Below are positions 27,648-37,343 of a stretch of 55,149 nucleotides of DNA, one piece after another. The translations under genes were made by a program, and so were the position numbers. Origin of the DNA: a virus (lineage: Duplodnaviria > Caudoviricetes); IMG/VR virus record IMGVR_UViG_3300047290_000079, positions 1-55,149 of that record; one strand, written 5' to 3'. Position 1 is the stretch's first letter. Each line of letters begins with the position of its first letter. The notes beneath the pieces were generated by a model. It was not told the origin of the DNA. It worked only from the letters and a program-made list of their open reading frames with translations, and did no database searches.

Positions 27648-27648
27648 G

Positions 27649-28386
27649 TCAAACCCCGTATTGGTCCATGTGCTTCTTGCGCCAGTACCAGATGGCAGCC
27701 CCAATGCCGACCACAGCCACCATGATGAGGAAGTTGGTGTCTTTGAGCATGGACATGACGGTGGCAAACAGGTCATTTGCCTCTTGAACTTGCGTTACAA
27801 CTTCCTTAACCGCCCCTACCGAACCCAAAGCACCGATGGCGATGGCACCATTTGCCTGTTTTGATTCAGTAATGGTCCTGACTGGCACGGGGTCTGGATC
27901 GATCCGCTGCTCTTCCTCAACCACGGGCTGGTTAGCCAGATCACGCCACCATTCAGCCTCTGCACGGCGACGACGAACAAGGCCGGGAATTTCCTTGCCG
28001 CCACCCTTAGTCCATTTCATCAATTCGGCTGGAACGGCATCAAAGTTGCCTGCATTGATCTTTTTGAGCAAAGTGGAAGTTTTTAATTGAGGAACACCAG
28101 CATTGTACGCAAAGTCAGCAAGCACATCAAACTGATGTTGGGTTAGCTTAACTTTGACCAGATCATTAACGCCATTTTCATATTTAACAATATCGCGCTT
28201 GAGGATGGCTTCAGCCTCGTCCTGCGTAATGGTCATGCCCTCTTTTACAAAAGGCTCCCCAGCGGCGCTTGTGTGGCCATAGCCAATAGTCCATTTGTCA
28301 GAGGGGCATTTGTAGGCTTTCAACTTGCAGCCTTCAAATTTCTTGAGCAGGTTATCCAACGCGTCTTGTGACATCTGCATGGTCAT
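27649..28386 (-). CDS. Endolysin, GH24 lysozyme, with hydrophobic C-terminal extension
   Basis: FEGCKLKAY, WTIGYGHT, FAYNAG and GLVRRR.AE motifs. Confidence 0.92.
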   Translation of the reverse strand: MTMQMSQDALDNLLKKFEGCKLKAYKCPSDKWTIGYGHTSAAGEPFVKEGMTITQDEAEAILKRDIVKYENGVNDLVKVKLTQHQFDVLADFAYNAGVPQLKTSTLLKKINAGNFDAVPAELMKWTKGGGKEIPGLVRRRRAEAEWWRDLANQPVVEEEQRIDPDPVPVRTITESKQANGAIAIGALGSVGAVKEVVTQVQEANDLFATVMSMLKDTNFLIMVAVVGIGAAIWYWRKKHMDQYGV

Positions 28387-28853
28387 TTCCCTTCAATGTT
28401 AAAATTGAGGTTTTTGTGGTCAGGATAGGCAATTACGACATTGCCTTCTGGGCATTTATAGGTAATTCGGGCGATTAGCTTGGCGGTTCCCAAAGCAACA
28501 CTTTCCGGCTTTTCAATTGTCATGGTGTATCCAAACTTGTCCACCGTTGAACTGGCTGGCCCAGAAAAGATAGAAACCGAAGAGGATGCCTTATGGACAA
28601 TAAAATCAGAATCCCGCACTTCAAGGCTAAAAGCCTCAACTGTACAATCGTCGCGGATTTTTTGTCGCGCAACAATTACCTTAAATTCACCAGAAGCAGG
28701 CCCATTTGAAATGCTGAAATGCTCTGCATCCCACTCCAAAATGCTTTTAGGAGCTGGTTTCATTTTGTCATAAAGAGAATAACCGCCGCCAAGCATCGTG
28801 ATAATTGCGGTCGCAAGACCGACAGGCTTGGTAATGGAGTCGGAGCTGATCAT
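28383..28853 (-). CDS. Membrane-anchored hypothetical protein in the lysis cassette
   Basis: N-terminal hydrophobic helix and two Cys. Confidence 0.7.
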   Translation of the reverse strand: MISSDSITKPVGLATAIITMLGGGYSLYDKMKPAPKSILEWDAEHFSISNGPASGEFKVIVARQKIRDDCTVEAFSLEVRDSDFIVHKASSSVSIFSGPASSTVDKFGYTMTIEKPESVALGTAKLIARITYKCPEGNVVIAYPDHKNLNFNIEGK

Positions 28854-29071
28854 CTGTCGGACTTTGCCTCCAGACGGTCGAATATCTTGCCCAAAATGTT
28901 TTTAATTTCGTCTATGTCATGCCGATAATCATCTTTGGTGACATATGTTATCGGCATTTTGCGAACGTCTTCATCGAGACGCTGGATTGCCTTTGTGATG
29001 CTATTGAGTACCCAGCCGCCAAAGAAGGCTGCTAATCCGACAATTGCATTGAAGACGAATTGGGGGTCCAT
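28850..29071 (-). CDS. Putative holin-like / single-TM coiled-coil lysis protein
   Basis: N-terminal TM followed by YVTKDDY..DI..IK...IFDRL; upstream of the endolysin. Confidence 0.55.
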   Translation of the reverse strand: MDPQFVFNAIVGLAAFFGGWVLNSITKAIQRLDEDVRKMPITYVTKDDYRHDIDEIKNILGKIFDRLEAKSDR

Positions 29072-30156
29072 TCGGTCGCCTCGTTTTCGGGTGTCTCAAG
29101 TTCCCCCATCACAAACTTGAGATTGGTCAGTAACCTTTGGTCATCTGGTGACTTCTCAACCGCCAAACGAGCCTGCTCAATAGATACTTTATTCAGGCCC
29201 AAATGCCAAGCGGCGATGGACGCCAAATCATGCGGCTGACTGCCCCAAACCTCTGGGTCCACAGTGTATACCAGCTCTCTATTAACAATTTGCAAAGCCC
29301 GCATGGCATAAGCAAAAGACTCTGCCCAGCGCCATTGGCGATACATCAGCATGGCCAGCTCACACCAAGGTTCGCGGGTGTTAGGGGCCTCCATGGCGGC
29401 CATATGAAAAGCCTTCTCGGCTTCCTCATTCTTACCAAGCTCGCTGTAGCAGCGGCCCATAACCCGATAGGCATAGCACCTTTCATTGGGCCAGTCGGCT
29501 CTGGGCAGTCTCAGATAGCGATTGCACTCGTCGATAGACTGCTGCCAGTGGGCATGAAAGCTCAACTCACGGGCATAGTAGAAAGCATTTCGGGGGCAGT
29601 GAGGATCTTCCTCAACCGATACTTTAAGTAAATCGAGATACTGCCCACGGCTCTTTGTCGGGTCAGGCTTATGGACAGCCAAGAGCATGTCGGTGTCAGC
29701 CCAGACTTCGGTGATTCGGCCATCAGGCATGGGGTATTCATGGCAGGGGTGATGGAAAAAGTACCCATGACGGGCAAATATTTTCTCATACTTGAATTGG
29801 ATGCCTGAACCCCAGTCAAACATATACCGGAGCCTTGTTGTCCCCGGAACCCAAACACGTTCAATTTCCTGCCGCCAGCCTGGTTGAAGCACTTCATCAA
29901 TATCTAAGCTAATAACAATATCAATGTCACGGGGGAGCAGTGCCAATGCTGCGTTGCGGGCTAAGTCAAACCGCCATGGTGTGATGCAGATATGGTGAAC
30001 TTCTGCACCACATTCTTTAGCAACCTCTGGAAGGCCGTCATCTGATCCTGTATCTGCAATCAAGATCAGATCGGCTTCTTTTGCTGATTCACAGAAGCGC
30101 GGCACAAAATGCGCTTCATTCTTCGCGATGGCGCAGACAGCTATCTTTAACGGCAT
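29032..30156 (-). CDS. GT2 glycosyltransferase with TPR repeats
   Basis: AIAKNE, ADTGSDD, FDLARN, SLDIDE and HE motifs, then TPR-like helices. Confidence 0.9.
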   Translation of the reverse strand: MPLKIAVCAIAKNEAHFVPRFCESAKEADLILIADTGSDDGLPEVAKECGAEVHHICITPWRFDLARNAALALLPRDIDIVISLDIDEVLQPGWRQEIERVWVPGTTRLRYMFDWGSGIQFKYEKIFARHGYFFHHPCHEYPMPDGRITEVWADTDMLLAVHKPDPTKSRGQYLDLLKVSVEEDPHCPRNAFYYARELSFHAHWQQSIDECNRYLRLPRADWPNERCYAYRVMGRCYSELGKNEEAEKAFHMAAMEAPNTREPWCELAMLMYRQWRWAESFAYAMRALQIVNRELVYTVDPEVWGSQPHDLASIAAWHLGLNKVSIEQARLAVEKSPDDQRLLTNLKFVMGELETPENEATEWTPNSSSMQLSD

Positions 30157-30164
30157 GATTCCCC

Positions 30165-30389
30165 CTATGCCTGATTGATTGTCGCCGTAGACGTCTCCCT
30201 GTCTATGACAAGAACGCCCTCGCAAGCCAAGTTCCACTCACCATAAGCAAATTCATTATGGCACGGCACATTGACCTTGAAGTTTTTGAATAGATACTCC
30301 TTGCCCTCTTCAAAGACACGCCACTTATGGTCTGGTGTACCACGTCCGGGTTCACCAGCCGTCTTGTTATATCGGATGTGGTACTTCAT
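30165..30389 (-). CDS. Hypothetical protein
   Basis: MKYHIRYNK..G..GRGT..H.WRVFE. Confidence 0.7.
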   Translation of the reverse strand: MKYHIRYNKTAGEPGRGTPDHKWRVFEEGKEYLFKNFKVNVPCHNEFAYGEWNLACEGVLVIDRETSTATINQA

Positions 30390-31024
30390 CAGATAACCTC
30401 TGCCGCCGGTGCAGGAGGATTGGCAATGACGCCCAGATTGAAGTGAATGAACGTCATCGGATCTTCGGATTGATTGCGCGTAAATGAATGCGGCAACCAT
30501 GAATTTGCAAATATTAACATGCCTTCTTCAGGCACAACATTGATCATACTACTAGCGCCAGTAATTTGCGTATTATTTGCTTCTGGTAAACCTATCTGAA
30601 CTTTGCCAGATCGCGGATCATGGAATACGGCAATTGAGCCGTTATTTGGAACTTTGACAAAGTAAAAGCCGACAATCTGCGCACCATAAGGGTGAACATG
30701 CTGGTCCATGCCTGAATATTTATAATGGTGCTGCGCCCACATTTCTGTGAATGTCGTGCTAAACTTTGACATATCATAGCCCTGATTGGCTAATATTTCC
30801 CAAGCAGAGCGGCCAATGTATTCACACAAAGCATCTATTCGAGTATCTTCAAGCAGGCTGTCTGTCATGCATACGGGATAAACATCATTGACAACGCATT
30901 GTTCTGCTTTTTTCTTTTCAATATTCTCATAAACAACAGTTTTGGCAACTTCCAAAAATTGCGGTTTTTTTACAACATATACGCATGTTGGAAAGCAATA
31001 AACTTGCTCTATCTCACTAATCAT
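30389..31024 (-). CDS. 2OG-Fe(II) oxygenase (TIGR02466-like)
   Basis: FPT, W.Q, HVH, FHDPR and FANSWLPH facial-triad pattern. Confidence 0.85.
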   Translation of the reverse strand: MISEIEQVYCFPTCVYVVKKPQFLEVAKTVVYENIEKKKAEQCVVNDVYPVCMTDSLLEDTRIDALCEYIGRSAWEILANQGYDMSKFSTTFTEMWAQHHYKYSGMDQHVHPYGAQIVGFYFVKVPNNGSIAVFHDPRSGKVQIGLPEANNTQITGASSMINVVPEEGMLIFANSWLPHSFTRNQSEDPMTFIHFNLGVIANPPAPAAEVI

Positions 31025-31038
31025 ATCCTTAATCCCCC

Positions 31039-31380
31039 TCAAGGATGTTTCATTGATGCCTGCATCTTCTCCATGTTGACAATTTCTTCAGGTGTCAGAT
31101 CACGCACAATCCATGAAAACACCCACTTCCCATCACGGACAAACGGTTCAGGCGAACGATATACTGTTTGCTTCTTGTTGTCGTATGTTGGATCTGGGTC
31201 AATTTCAACATAGTGAAGACGATACCCATTAAGTTTATACGCATCCGTGTTAGGGAATATCTCAACAAAGTCAGAGTATGGCGTGTAGCCAAGGCCAAAA
31301 TTATCCCGCATCAGCTCTTCAGCGCCATAAGGATATTCGACAAACTGATTGTCAATTGTTGTCTTGACGTATCCAGTCAC
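31039..31380 (-). CDS. Tail-fibre-associated / chaperone-like protein
   Basis: YPY...P.YD..KQ...P...GKW...W.VRDLT.EE pattern. Confidence 0.6.
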   Translation of the reverse strand: MTGYVKTTIDNQFVEYPYGAEELMRDNFGLGYTPYSDFVEIFPNTDAYKLNGYRLHYVEIDPDPTYDNKKQTVYRSPEPFVRDGKWVFSWIVRDLTPEEIVNMEKMQASMKHP

Positions 31381-31991
31381 AGCTTATTCTCCAAAAATGG
31401 CGGCATTTGCTGCGTCAACAATTCAAGCCGATCAGATGTGTTTGATATTTTTTGAAAGACTTGCTTGATGTGCGGCACAATTTTTGTCTCAAAGTCTGGG
31501 TGGCAGCGCATGGTACTTAAATGGTCGTGAGGTATGCTACCTTGAGATAAAATAAAATTCTCAACACGGCCCATTAACTCACCAAGCCACTCTTCTTGTT
31601 GCATTGCCTCATTGGCCTCAAGCATTGGCAAGTGAGCATATTTGCGCTGAGGCTCAAGCTCTGCCATCAGATCATTGATGCACTTCAGTTCCATTATGGC
31701 GGCCTCGTGATTATTGCGCCATGTATCTTCAGCCGATTTTGACTCTATGATGTTGGCCTCAGCAACCATTTTTTCCCACGGCCTTTTGTCGGGGTCAGCA
31801 AGAATGGCTTCATTCTCCATGATCTTGGCATCACGCTTCATCTTCTGCGCTTTGGAATGCTCAATCTTTACTTCCATGTCGATCTTCTGGCCATACAGCA
31901 ATGCCCAAGCGCCGTCAGTCGTGTAGCAAGAGCCAGCCAAAAAATATCTGAGCTGAAAGTCTGAATTGTTTCTATGTGGCTTGCTGTTCAT
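31377..31991 (-). CDS. Hypothetical helical protein in the tail-fibre module
   Basis: 204 aa ORF; contains MR.HPDF. Confidence 0.7.
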   Translation of the reverse strand: MNSKPHRNNSDFQLRYFLAGSCYTTDGAWALLYGQKIDMEVKIEHSKAQKMKRDAKIMENEAILADPDKRPWEKMVAEANIIESKSAEDTWRNNHEAAIMELKCINDLMAELEPQRKYAHLPMLEANEAMQQEEWLGELMGRVENFILSQGSIPHDHLSTMRCHPDFETKIVPHIKQVFQKISNTSDRLELLTQQMPPFLENKL

Positions 31992-32960
31992 TTAGAAGTT
32001 TACCCCATTTGTTCCGTTTGATGCCGCTGTGCCAAAATTACTTGTTGCGGTTGATGATGTTGCTGATGCCACAGTGCATCCTGAATATGTGTATTTGCAT
32101 CTATTTGTTGATGAATTTCCTGTTGCAAAAATTCCCTGAACAGAATTACCCGCAGCAGAACCACCATATAAATTAACTCCAAGACTAGTTGCAGTTGCAA
32201 CAGTTCCGCCAGAATATGTATATTTTCTTGTGGTTTTTGATGCATTTCCTGTTGCAAATATACCAACTGTTGAGTTCCCAGTTGCAGCTCCCGCATAATT
32301 ACAGGCCACCAAAGATGTTCCTGCTGCAACAGCGCCAGAAGAATATGTTATTTTACAAGTATATGGCTGTACTGCACAACAAGTATACGCAATTGAAAAA
32401 ATACCAAATGTTGAGTTTCCTGCGGCTGATCCACCATATGTTGTATAAGTCAAGACAGAACCAAGATTTGTATTTGTGTCGCCAGAATAAGTATATTTAT
32501 TAACTGTTCTCTGGCAGCTTCCAAGAGCAAACATTGCAACGGTTGCGTTTCCAGCCGCTGACCCAAAAGAACTTGTGGTCGATGAAGCTGTTGCCGAGGC
32601 AACGGTGCATCCTGAATATGTGTATTTATTTCTTGTTGCTGTACCGCCACCTATTGCAAAAATACCAACTGTTGAACTGCCAGCAGCAGCGCCGTCACAA
32701 CTAGTCGCCAACAAAGATGTTGCCGCTGCGCTTACATCACCAGAATAGGTGTATTTGTTTGTTGTAGACGTTCCTGCGCCACGCGCAAAAATAGCAAATG
32801 TGCCGTCTTGGATATTTCCTGCGAGCGGCCAAATTCCTTGCTTTACATATTGTAATTGCTCGTTAACGGTCCATATGCCCGGGGCTGTACCGCATTGGTA
32901 TGGCCCACTAGGAGTTATGGCTGTCTTAGTAATAATGCCGCCAGGGTATCTCTCGCTCAC
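31992..32960 (-). CDS. Putative receptor-binding protein with about 7 tandem 39-aa repeats (propeller-like)
   Basis: Repeated AAGNSTxGIFAxG...KYTYSG unit; N-terminal YPGGII...GIWT...WP. Confidence 0.7.
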   Translation of the reverse strand: MSERYPGGIITKTAITPSGPYQCGTAPGIWTVNEQLQYVKQGIWPLAGNIQDGTFAIFARGAGTSTTNKYTYSGDVSAAATSLLATSCDGAAAGSSTVGIFAIGGGTATRNKYTYSGCTVASATASSTTSSFGSAAGNATVAMFALGSCQRTVNKYTYSGDTNTNLGSVLTYTTYGGSAAGNSTFGIFSIAYTCCAVQPYTCKITYSSGAVAAGTSLVACNYAGAATGNSTVGIFATGNASKTTRKYTYSGGTVATATSLGVNLYGGSAAGNSVQGIFATGNSSTNRCKYTYSGCTVASATSSTATSNFGTAASNGTNGVNF

Positions 32961-33262
32961 GGTATTACCTCTGCATCATTTGGCGTACCACCAGCCTTTT
33001 TCAGAATATTGATGATACGGGTGTTGTCTTCCAAAGCCATTATCTCATGCGGCTCATCGGGGCGAAAGTCCAGTATTTGACCCGCAACAGCTTCTTTTTC
33101 CCAATCATGAGAATAGGCTTTGATCTTGCCACGGGTAACTATGGTGATGTGGATATTGTCTTCTGTATGGATATGCTTAGGCAATATGTCGCCCATCACG
33201 GCAAAATCATAGATTGATCCGCGAATATCACCCAAATTGTCTAAAGGCTTAACCGATAACAT
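32957..33262 (-). CDS. Cupin-fold protein
   Basis: LPKHIH...HITIV..G...HEIMALEDNT. Confidence 0.8.
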   Translation of the reverse strand: MLSVKPLDNLGDIRGSIYDFAVMGDILPKHIHTEDNIHITIVTRGKIKAYSHDWEKEAVAGQILDFRPDEPHEIMALEDNTRIINILKKAGGTPNDAEVIP

Positions 33263-33560
33263 TTGGTTCTGTGCCTGATTTATTTAATGGATTTTTTTGT
33301 TTTTGTTTTTCTCGCTCTGCTTTTTCTTCTTCTGTTAAATTTTTTATACCCCAAACCATAGTCCATTTCCCTTCTGCAAAATTTGGCGGTTTTTCATAAC
33401 AATATTGCAATTCAATATCTATTTCTGGCGGAGAAATATAATCAACTTCGGCATATGTTTCAGGACAAATAAATTCATCCCCAATATTTGGGTATTCAAT
33501 TCTTATATCACCTTGATACCTTGGGTATTCTAATGTTGAGAGTTTTATATAAACAGACAT
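33249..33560 (-). CDS. Tail-fibre-associated protein (similar pattern to 31039-31380)
   Basis: EYPRY.GD...P...GKW.MVW...LTEEE. Confidence 0.6.
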   Translation of the reverse strand: MSVYIKLSTLEYPRYQGDIRIEYPNIGDEFICPETYAEVDYISPPEIDIELQYCYEKPPNFAEGKWTMVWGIKNLTEEEKAEREKQKQKNPLNKSGTEPNVIG

Positions 33561-33567
33561 AACTCAC

Positions 33568-35019
33568 CTAAAGATTTGTTAGAACTGTGTTATTTGATCC
33601 ACTGCCAAATGTTATTGAAGTTGTTCCATTATTTGCAGCGGTATCAGATGTCGCGCTCCAAGTGCCTGAGGTTTCTGTATATGTTGCTGTTTGGTCAGTT
33701 CCTGTGCCTGCGGCAATTGTATAACTTACAGACCCGCCAACATTTATAGAATAAGTTCCAGTCACAGACCCGCTCATTGGATACTTTATTATAACTTGAG
33801 AGGATCTCCCATTCACAACAAGTGGAACTTGAAACACAATACTAGAATTTGTTTCATCTAATATCATGCTCACATAACCACTGGCAAAAGTAAGGCCAGA
33901 AAACTTTCTTTGCCATTGCAAAGTTCCAGAAGAATTATACTTTAACAACATTGTATAATAAGAACTTGGCGATAAACTGTAATGCTGACAGCAAACATAA
34001 ACATCCCCAGATGTTGATGCTTTGATTGCCTGTTGAGATGATACTACATATTGTGATGCGATATTAAACTTTCTTTGCCATTGCAAAGTTCCAGAAGAAT
34101 TATACTTTACGACGACCGTATATTGCGAACTAGTTTCATAGCCAGCTATGTAATAATTATCTGACGCATCAACATCCATAGATGCATAATTAAAAGTATT
34201 TGTAGAAATTTTTGTTAAAGTTTTTGACCAGTTAATTGTAGAGAGATTGGATGTAAGAGACAAAATACTAGGGCTTTGGTTTGAATTTTGATTTATTATT
34301 GCGACTGGCGCGTTTGAGCTATTGATAACCATTGCTCTGACAGTTCTGTCTCCAGCATAAGTTCCGCTGACTGGGTAAACAGTGTTTAAAACTGTTCCAG
34401 AGCTATTTAGTTTTATAATTGCAGGATATTGCACATAACAACAACAAGCGTTCCTTATAAGCTGACCGCCTATAAATACATTTTGTGATGAATCAACAGC
34501 CGTTGCATATGTCTCTCCAGTTGTAGGTGGGCTGTAAAAACCAGTACTCCATTTATATGATTTTGCAATGCTCGTAGAGCTGTATGAAGAGCTTATTTTT
34601 ACAAACTGCAATCCCGCGCTTGTCGATGAAAAAAGCGCACCATAGTATAAAAAATTGTTTGTTTTGTCGTAAAATATACTGTTGTTTTGTGAAACATCTC
34701 CAGAATTTGACGATTGTGTATATTTGTTAACAATAGACCCATTAGGAGAAATAATACTTATATTCGTATATCCAGTTGAACCGTTGTAGTTCAAGGCAAC
34801 ATAATTCCCAGACGCATTTAACGCAATGCCGCCAAAAGAATTGATATCTTGTATGGTTGATTGATATACTACAAGTATCCAACTAATTTCAGGAGCTGGC
34901 CAATTTCCAGCCGCCAATGCCTGCATCTGCTGTGGCAAAGTCCAAACACCCGTAGCCGCCGATGTGCTAGTCGTCGGTGCAGTTGCGCTTATCACGCCAC
35001 CTTTATAGCGCATGCTCAT
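33568..35019 (-). CDS. Putative receptor-binding protein, beta-propeller (SBBP-like repeats)
   Basis: AVDSS.NV.IGG, KYNSSGTLQWQR twice, N-terminal YKGGVI...GVWT...WP. AT-rich. Confidence 0.7.
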   Translation of the reverse strand: MSMRYKGGVISATAPTTSTSAATGVWTLPQQMQALAAGNWPAPEISWILVVYQSTIQDINSFGGIALNASGNYVALNYNGSTGYTNISIISPNGSIVNKYTQSSNSGDVSQNNSIFYDKTNNFLYYGALFSSTSAGLQFVKISSSYSSTSIAKSYKWSTGFYSPPTTGETYATAVDSSQNVFIGGQLIRNACCCYVQYPAIIKLNSSGTVLNTVYPVSGTYAGDRTVRAMVINSSNAPVAIINQNSNQSPSILSLTSNLSTINWSKTLTKISTNTFNYASMDVDASDNYYIAGYETSSQYTVVVKYNSSGTLQWQRKFNIASQYVVSSQQAIKASTSGDVYVCCQHYSLSPSSYYTMLLKYNSSGTLQWQRKFSGLTFASGYVSMILDETNSSIVFQVPLVVNGRSSQVIIKYPMSGSVTGTYSINVGGSVSYTIAAGTGTDQTATYTETSGTWSATSDTAANNGTTSITFGSGSNNTVLTNL

Positions 35020-35029
35020 GGGGTTATCC

Positions 35030-35425
35030 TCAAGAAATTACTTCATATGAGATGCTGTAAGTAATACCACTGGCAGTGCCGCTCGTCACCGTTATCGACG
35101 TGCCTTCCATCAGATAGATGGCAGTGGTCTTATCGACAACGATCAGCGAGGCATTGGCCGGAACCGATACTGTCGAGACAATCGGATAAGCTGTGCCGCT
35201 AGAGGGAGCCGAACCCTGAGCAACTGCACCGTTGGTGTACAGCGACACCGTGGCGTTGACTGCCGAAGATCCGTTCACATTGGCTGCAACAATCTGATTG
35301 ATCTTCAGCACCGTTCCACTGGAGGCCGCATTAGGAAGCAGCACCACAGCAGAAGTGCCTGTTGGCGTGTAGTAGGTGGTTGTGCCGATGATGCTGGTGA
35401 CGGCAGCTATGTTGGGGGAACTCAT
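35030..35425 (-). CDS. Virion structural protein (fibre-associated)
   Basis: PNI...LLPNAASSG..KIN.I.AAN.NG...VPANASL...YL.E...SYE.I. Confidence 0.65.
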   Translation of the reverse strand: MSSPNIAAVTSIIGTTTYYTPTGTSAVVLLPNAASSGTVLKINQIVAANVNGSSAVNATVSLYTNGAVAQGSAPSSGTAYPIVSTVSVPANASLIVVDKTTAIYLMEGTSITVTSGTASGITYSISYEVIS

Positions 35426-35436
35426 CTGTATTCTCC

Positions 35437-37044
35437 TTATAAACCATAGAGCAAGACGAATTTAATCGCCGTTGCGTTTGATACACTACCCGTTGGCCCT
35501 GTTGGTCCTGTTGGTCCCGTAGGCCCAGCTACACTCGATGCTGCACCAGTTGGTCCCGTAGGTCCAGTGGGTCCGTTTGTTCCAGCAGTACCAGTAGGTC
35601 CAGTCGGGCCAGTCGGGCCTGTCGGGCCTGTCGGGCCGCCAGATCCAGTTGTTCCTGTCGGTCCTGTAGGGCCTGTGGGGCCACCAACGCCAGTGCTTCC
35701 TGTGGGTCCAGTGGGACCAGTCGGACCATTAACACCAGCCACGCCTGTCGGACCTGTCGGGCCTGTGGGTCCATCAACACCTGCTGTGCCTGTCGGCCCA
35801 GTTGGTCCTGTAGGTCCATTAACACCAGCGGTTCCAGTCGGACCTGTCGGACCTGTAGGACCAGTTAAACCTGCTGATCCTGTTGGTCCGGTTGGGCCTG
35901 TCGGACCAAGTTGGGTATACATGACCTGCTGGGCGGTAAAGATGACGCTGGGAATAGCAGGAGAAACAGGCGATGTACCTGCCGGATCGGCTTGGATAGA
36001 CAAAGTTGTGTCTGTCGTAGCCCAGATCATTTCAATGTAATCGCCAGCGGTCAACGGCAACATGAAATTGACCGTCATCAGGCCATAGCCATTTACACCG
36101 CCATGCTTTTGCTGAACGCTCAAACGAGTGTCAGAATCCGGCACATCACCAGTGCTGCCACTGTCATTTTTGCGCAGCCACACATTCACATCATGAATTT
36201 GCGTATCTGTGTTAACAAATTGAATGGAGAACGTCAGGCTATAAATGCCTGTGTACGCAAAAGTAACGCGACTGCCAGAGGCAACCGTAATGCCATTATT
36301 GGCCAAATCATAGCTGTTAAGCGTGACGGAATAGGCTGTATTCGGTGACGCCGCGACCTGATCTGTCGTATCCCAGAACGAACCCCAATAGCCCAATGCA
36401 CCACCAGCTCCGGTTGCGCCAGCCGCGCCAGTGGGGCCGGTTGGTCCAGTAAGGCCTGTCGAGCCGGTCGGACCTGTCGGACCTGTCGGACCCGGCACAG
36501 TTGAAGACGCGCCTGTCGGACCTGTAGGGCCTGTGGGTCCAGTCGGTCCCGTCAAACCTGTTGAACCTGTAGGGCCTGTAGGGCCGGTGGGGCCGGTGTT
36601 GCCCGTAGAGCCTGTTGGTCCTGTCGGACCTGTAGGTCCAGGGACCGTAGAAGAGGCGCCTGTGGGGCCTGTTGGACCAGTGGGACCAGTGGGGCCTGGC
36701 ACTGTAGAAGACGCACCAGTAGGCCCCGTAGGCCCTGTGGGGCCTGTAGGTCCGGTAGGGCCAGCAACTGTAGAGGCCGCACCTGTTGGCCCTGTAGGGC
36801 CAGCGGCGCCTGCTGTACCAGTAGGGCCTGTTGGGCCTTGTGCGCCGCTTGAACCGATCGGGCCTGTTGGACCAGTAGGACCAGTGGGGCCTATGTATTG
36901 CAGGAACTGCCCGAAGGTGCCGCGCTTGGTGATGCCATCCTGCACGATGATTGTGCTGTCGGTAGCTGTAGGCGCATTTGCCAGTGGCAACTGCGTAATT
37001 TTGGACGGGATAAGGTTTGTGGGGACATTGGGGTTATTGGTCAT
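35437..37044 (-). CDS. Collagen-like (GPT)n tail fibre
   Basis: Two long Gly-Pro-Thr blocks flank a beta domain (YWGSFWDT...[11 protein letters not shown]) resembling C1q/BclA-type domains. Confidence 0.9.
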   Translation of the reverse strand: MTNNPNVPTNLIPSKITQLPLANAPTATDSTIIVQDGITKRGTFGQFLQYIGPTGPTGPTGPIGSSGAQGPTGPTGTAGAAGPTGPTGAASTVAGPTGPTGPTGPTGPTGASSTVPGPTGPTGPTGPTGASSTVPGPTGPTGPTGSTGNTGPTGPTGPTGSTGLTGPTGPTGPTGPTGASSTVPGPTGPTGPTGSTGLTGPTGPTGAAGATGAGGALGYWGSFWDTTDQVAASPNTAYSVTLNSYDLANNGITVASGSRVTFAYTGIYSLTFSIQFVNTDTQIHDVNVWLRKNDSGSTGDVPDSDTRLSVQQKHGGVNGYGLMTVNFMLPLTAGDYIEMIWATTDTTLSIQADPAGTSPVSPAIPSVIFTAQQVMYTQLGPTGPTGPTGSAGLTGPTGPTGPTGTAGVNGPTGPTGPTGTAGVDGPTGPTGPTGVAGVNGPTGPTGPTGSTGVGGPTGPTGPTGTTGSGGPTGPTGPTGPTGPTGTAGTNGPTGPTGPTGAASSVAGPTGPTGPTGPTGSVSNATAIKFVLLYGL

Positions 37045-37343
37045 GGAACTAGATACCCATCCCCTTCATCATTGATAATGAAGAGATCACCGCTCTGAGA
37101 GATTGTGCCAAAATCATTGAGATTGATCGGCACATCAGGGCGGGGATAATCAAGAGTGATACGTTCGGTCTGCCTCGGTGCAAGGCGATACGGATCAAGT
37201 TGATCACGATCTTCTTTGCACACCCTCAGACCGGGATAATTATTATCAGGCATCAATTCCTCAAGCGACATCTTTCTCTGGCATCTGGCGCATATGCCGA
37301 TGCCGAAAGTAGATCTGCCTCGAGGATCAAGAAAGACGCTCAT
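37041..37343 (-). CDS. Conserved CxxC hypothetical virion-module protein
   Basis: ICARC...GLRVC...D..DP...PRPD. Confidence 0.7.
   Translation of the reverse strand: MSVFLDPRGRSTFGIGICARCQRKMSLEELMPDNNYPGLRVCKEDRDQLDPYRLAPRQTERITLDYPRPDVPINLNDFGTISQSGDLFIINDEGDGYLVP

Noticed and set aside
33901-34110. About 44-bp direct repeat as a DGR template/variable repeat pair
   Set aside because: Both copies are in-frame propeller blades (KYNSSGTLQWQRKF), with no adenine-specific mismatches and no reverse transcriptase gene.
35567-37075. Plus-strand (GPV)n ORFs
   Set aside because: Antisense shadows of the GPT collagen gene.
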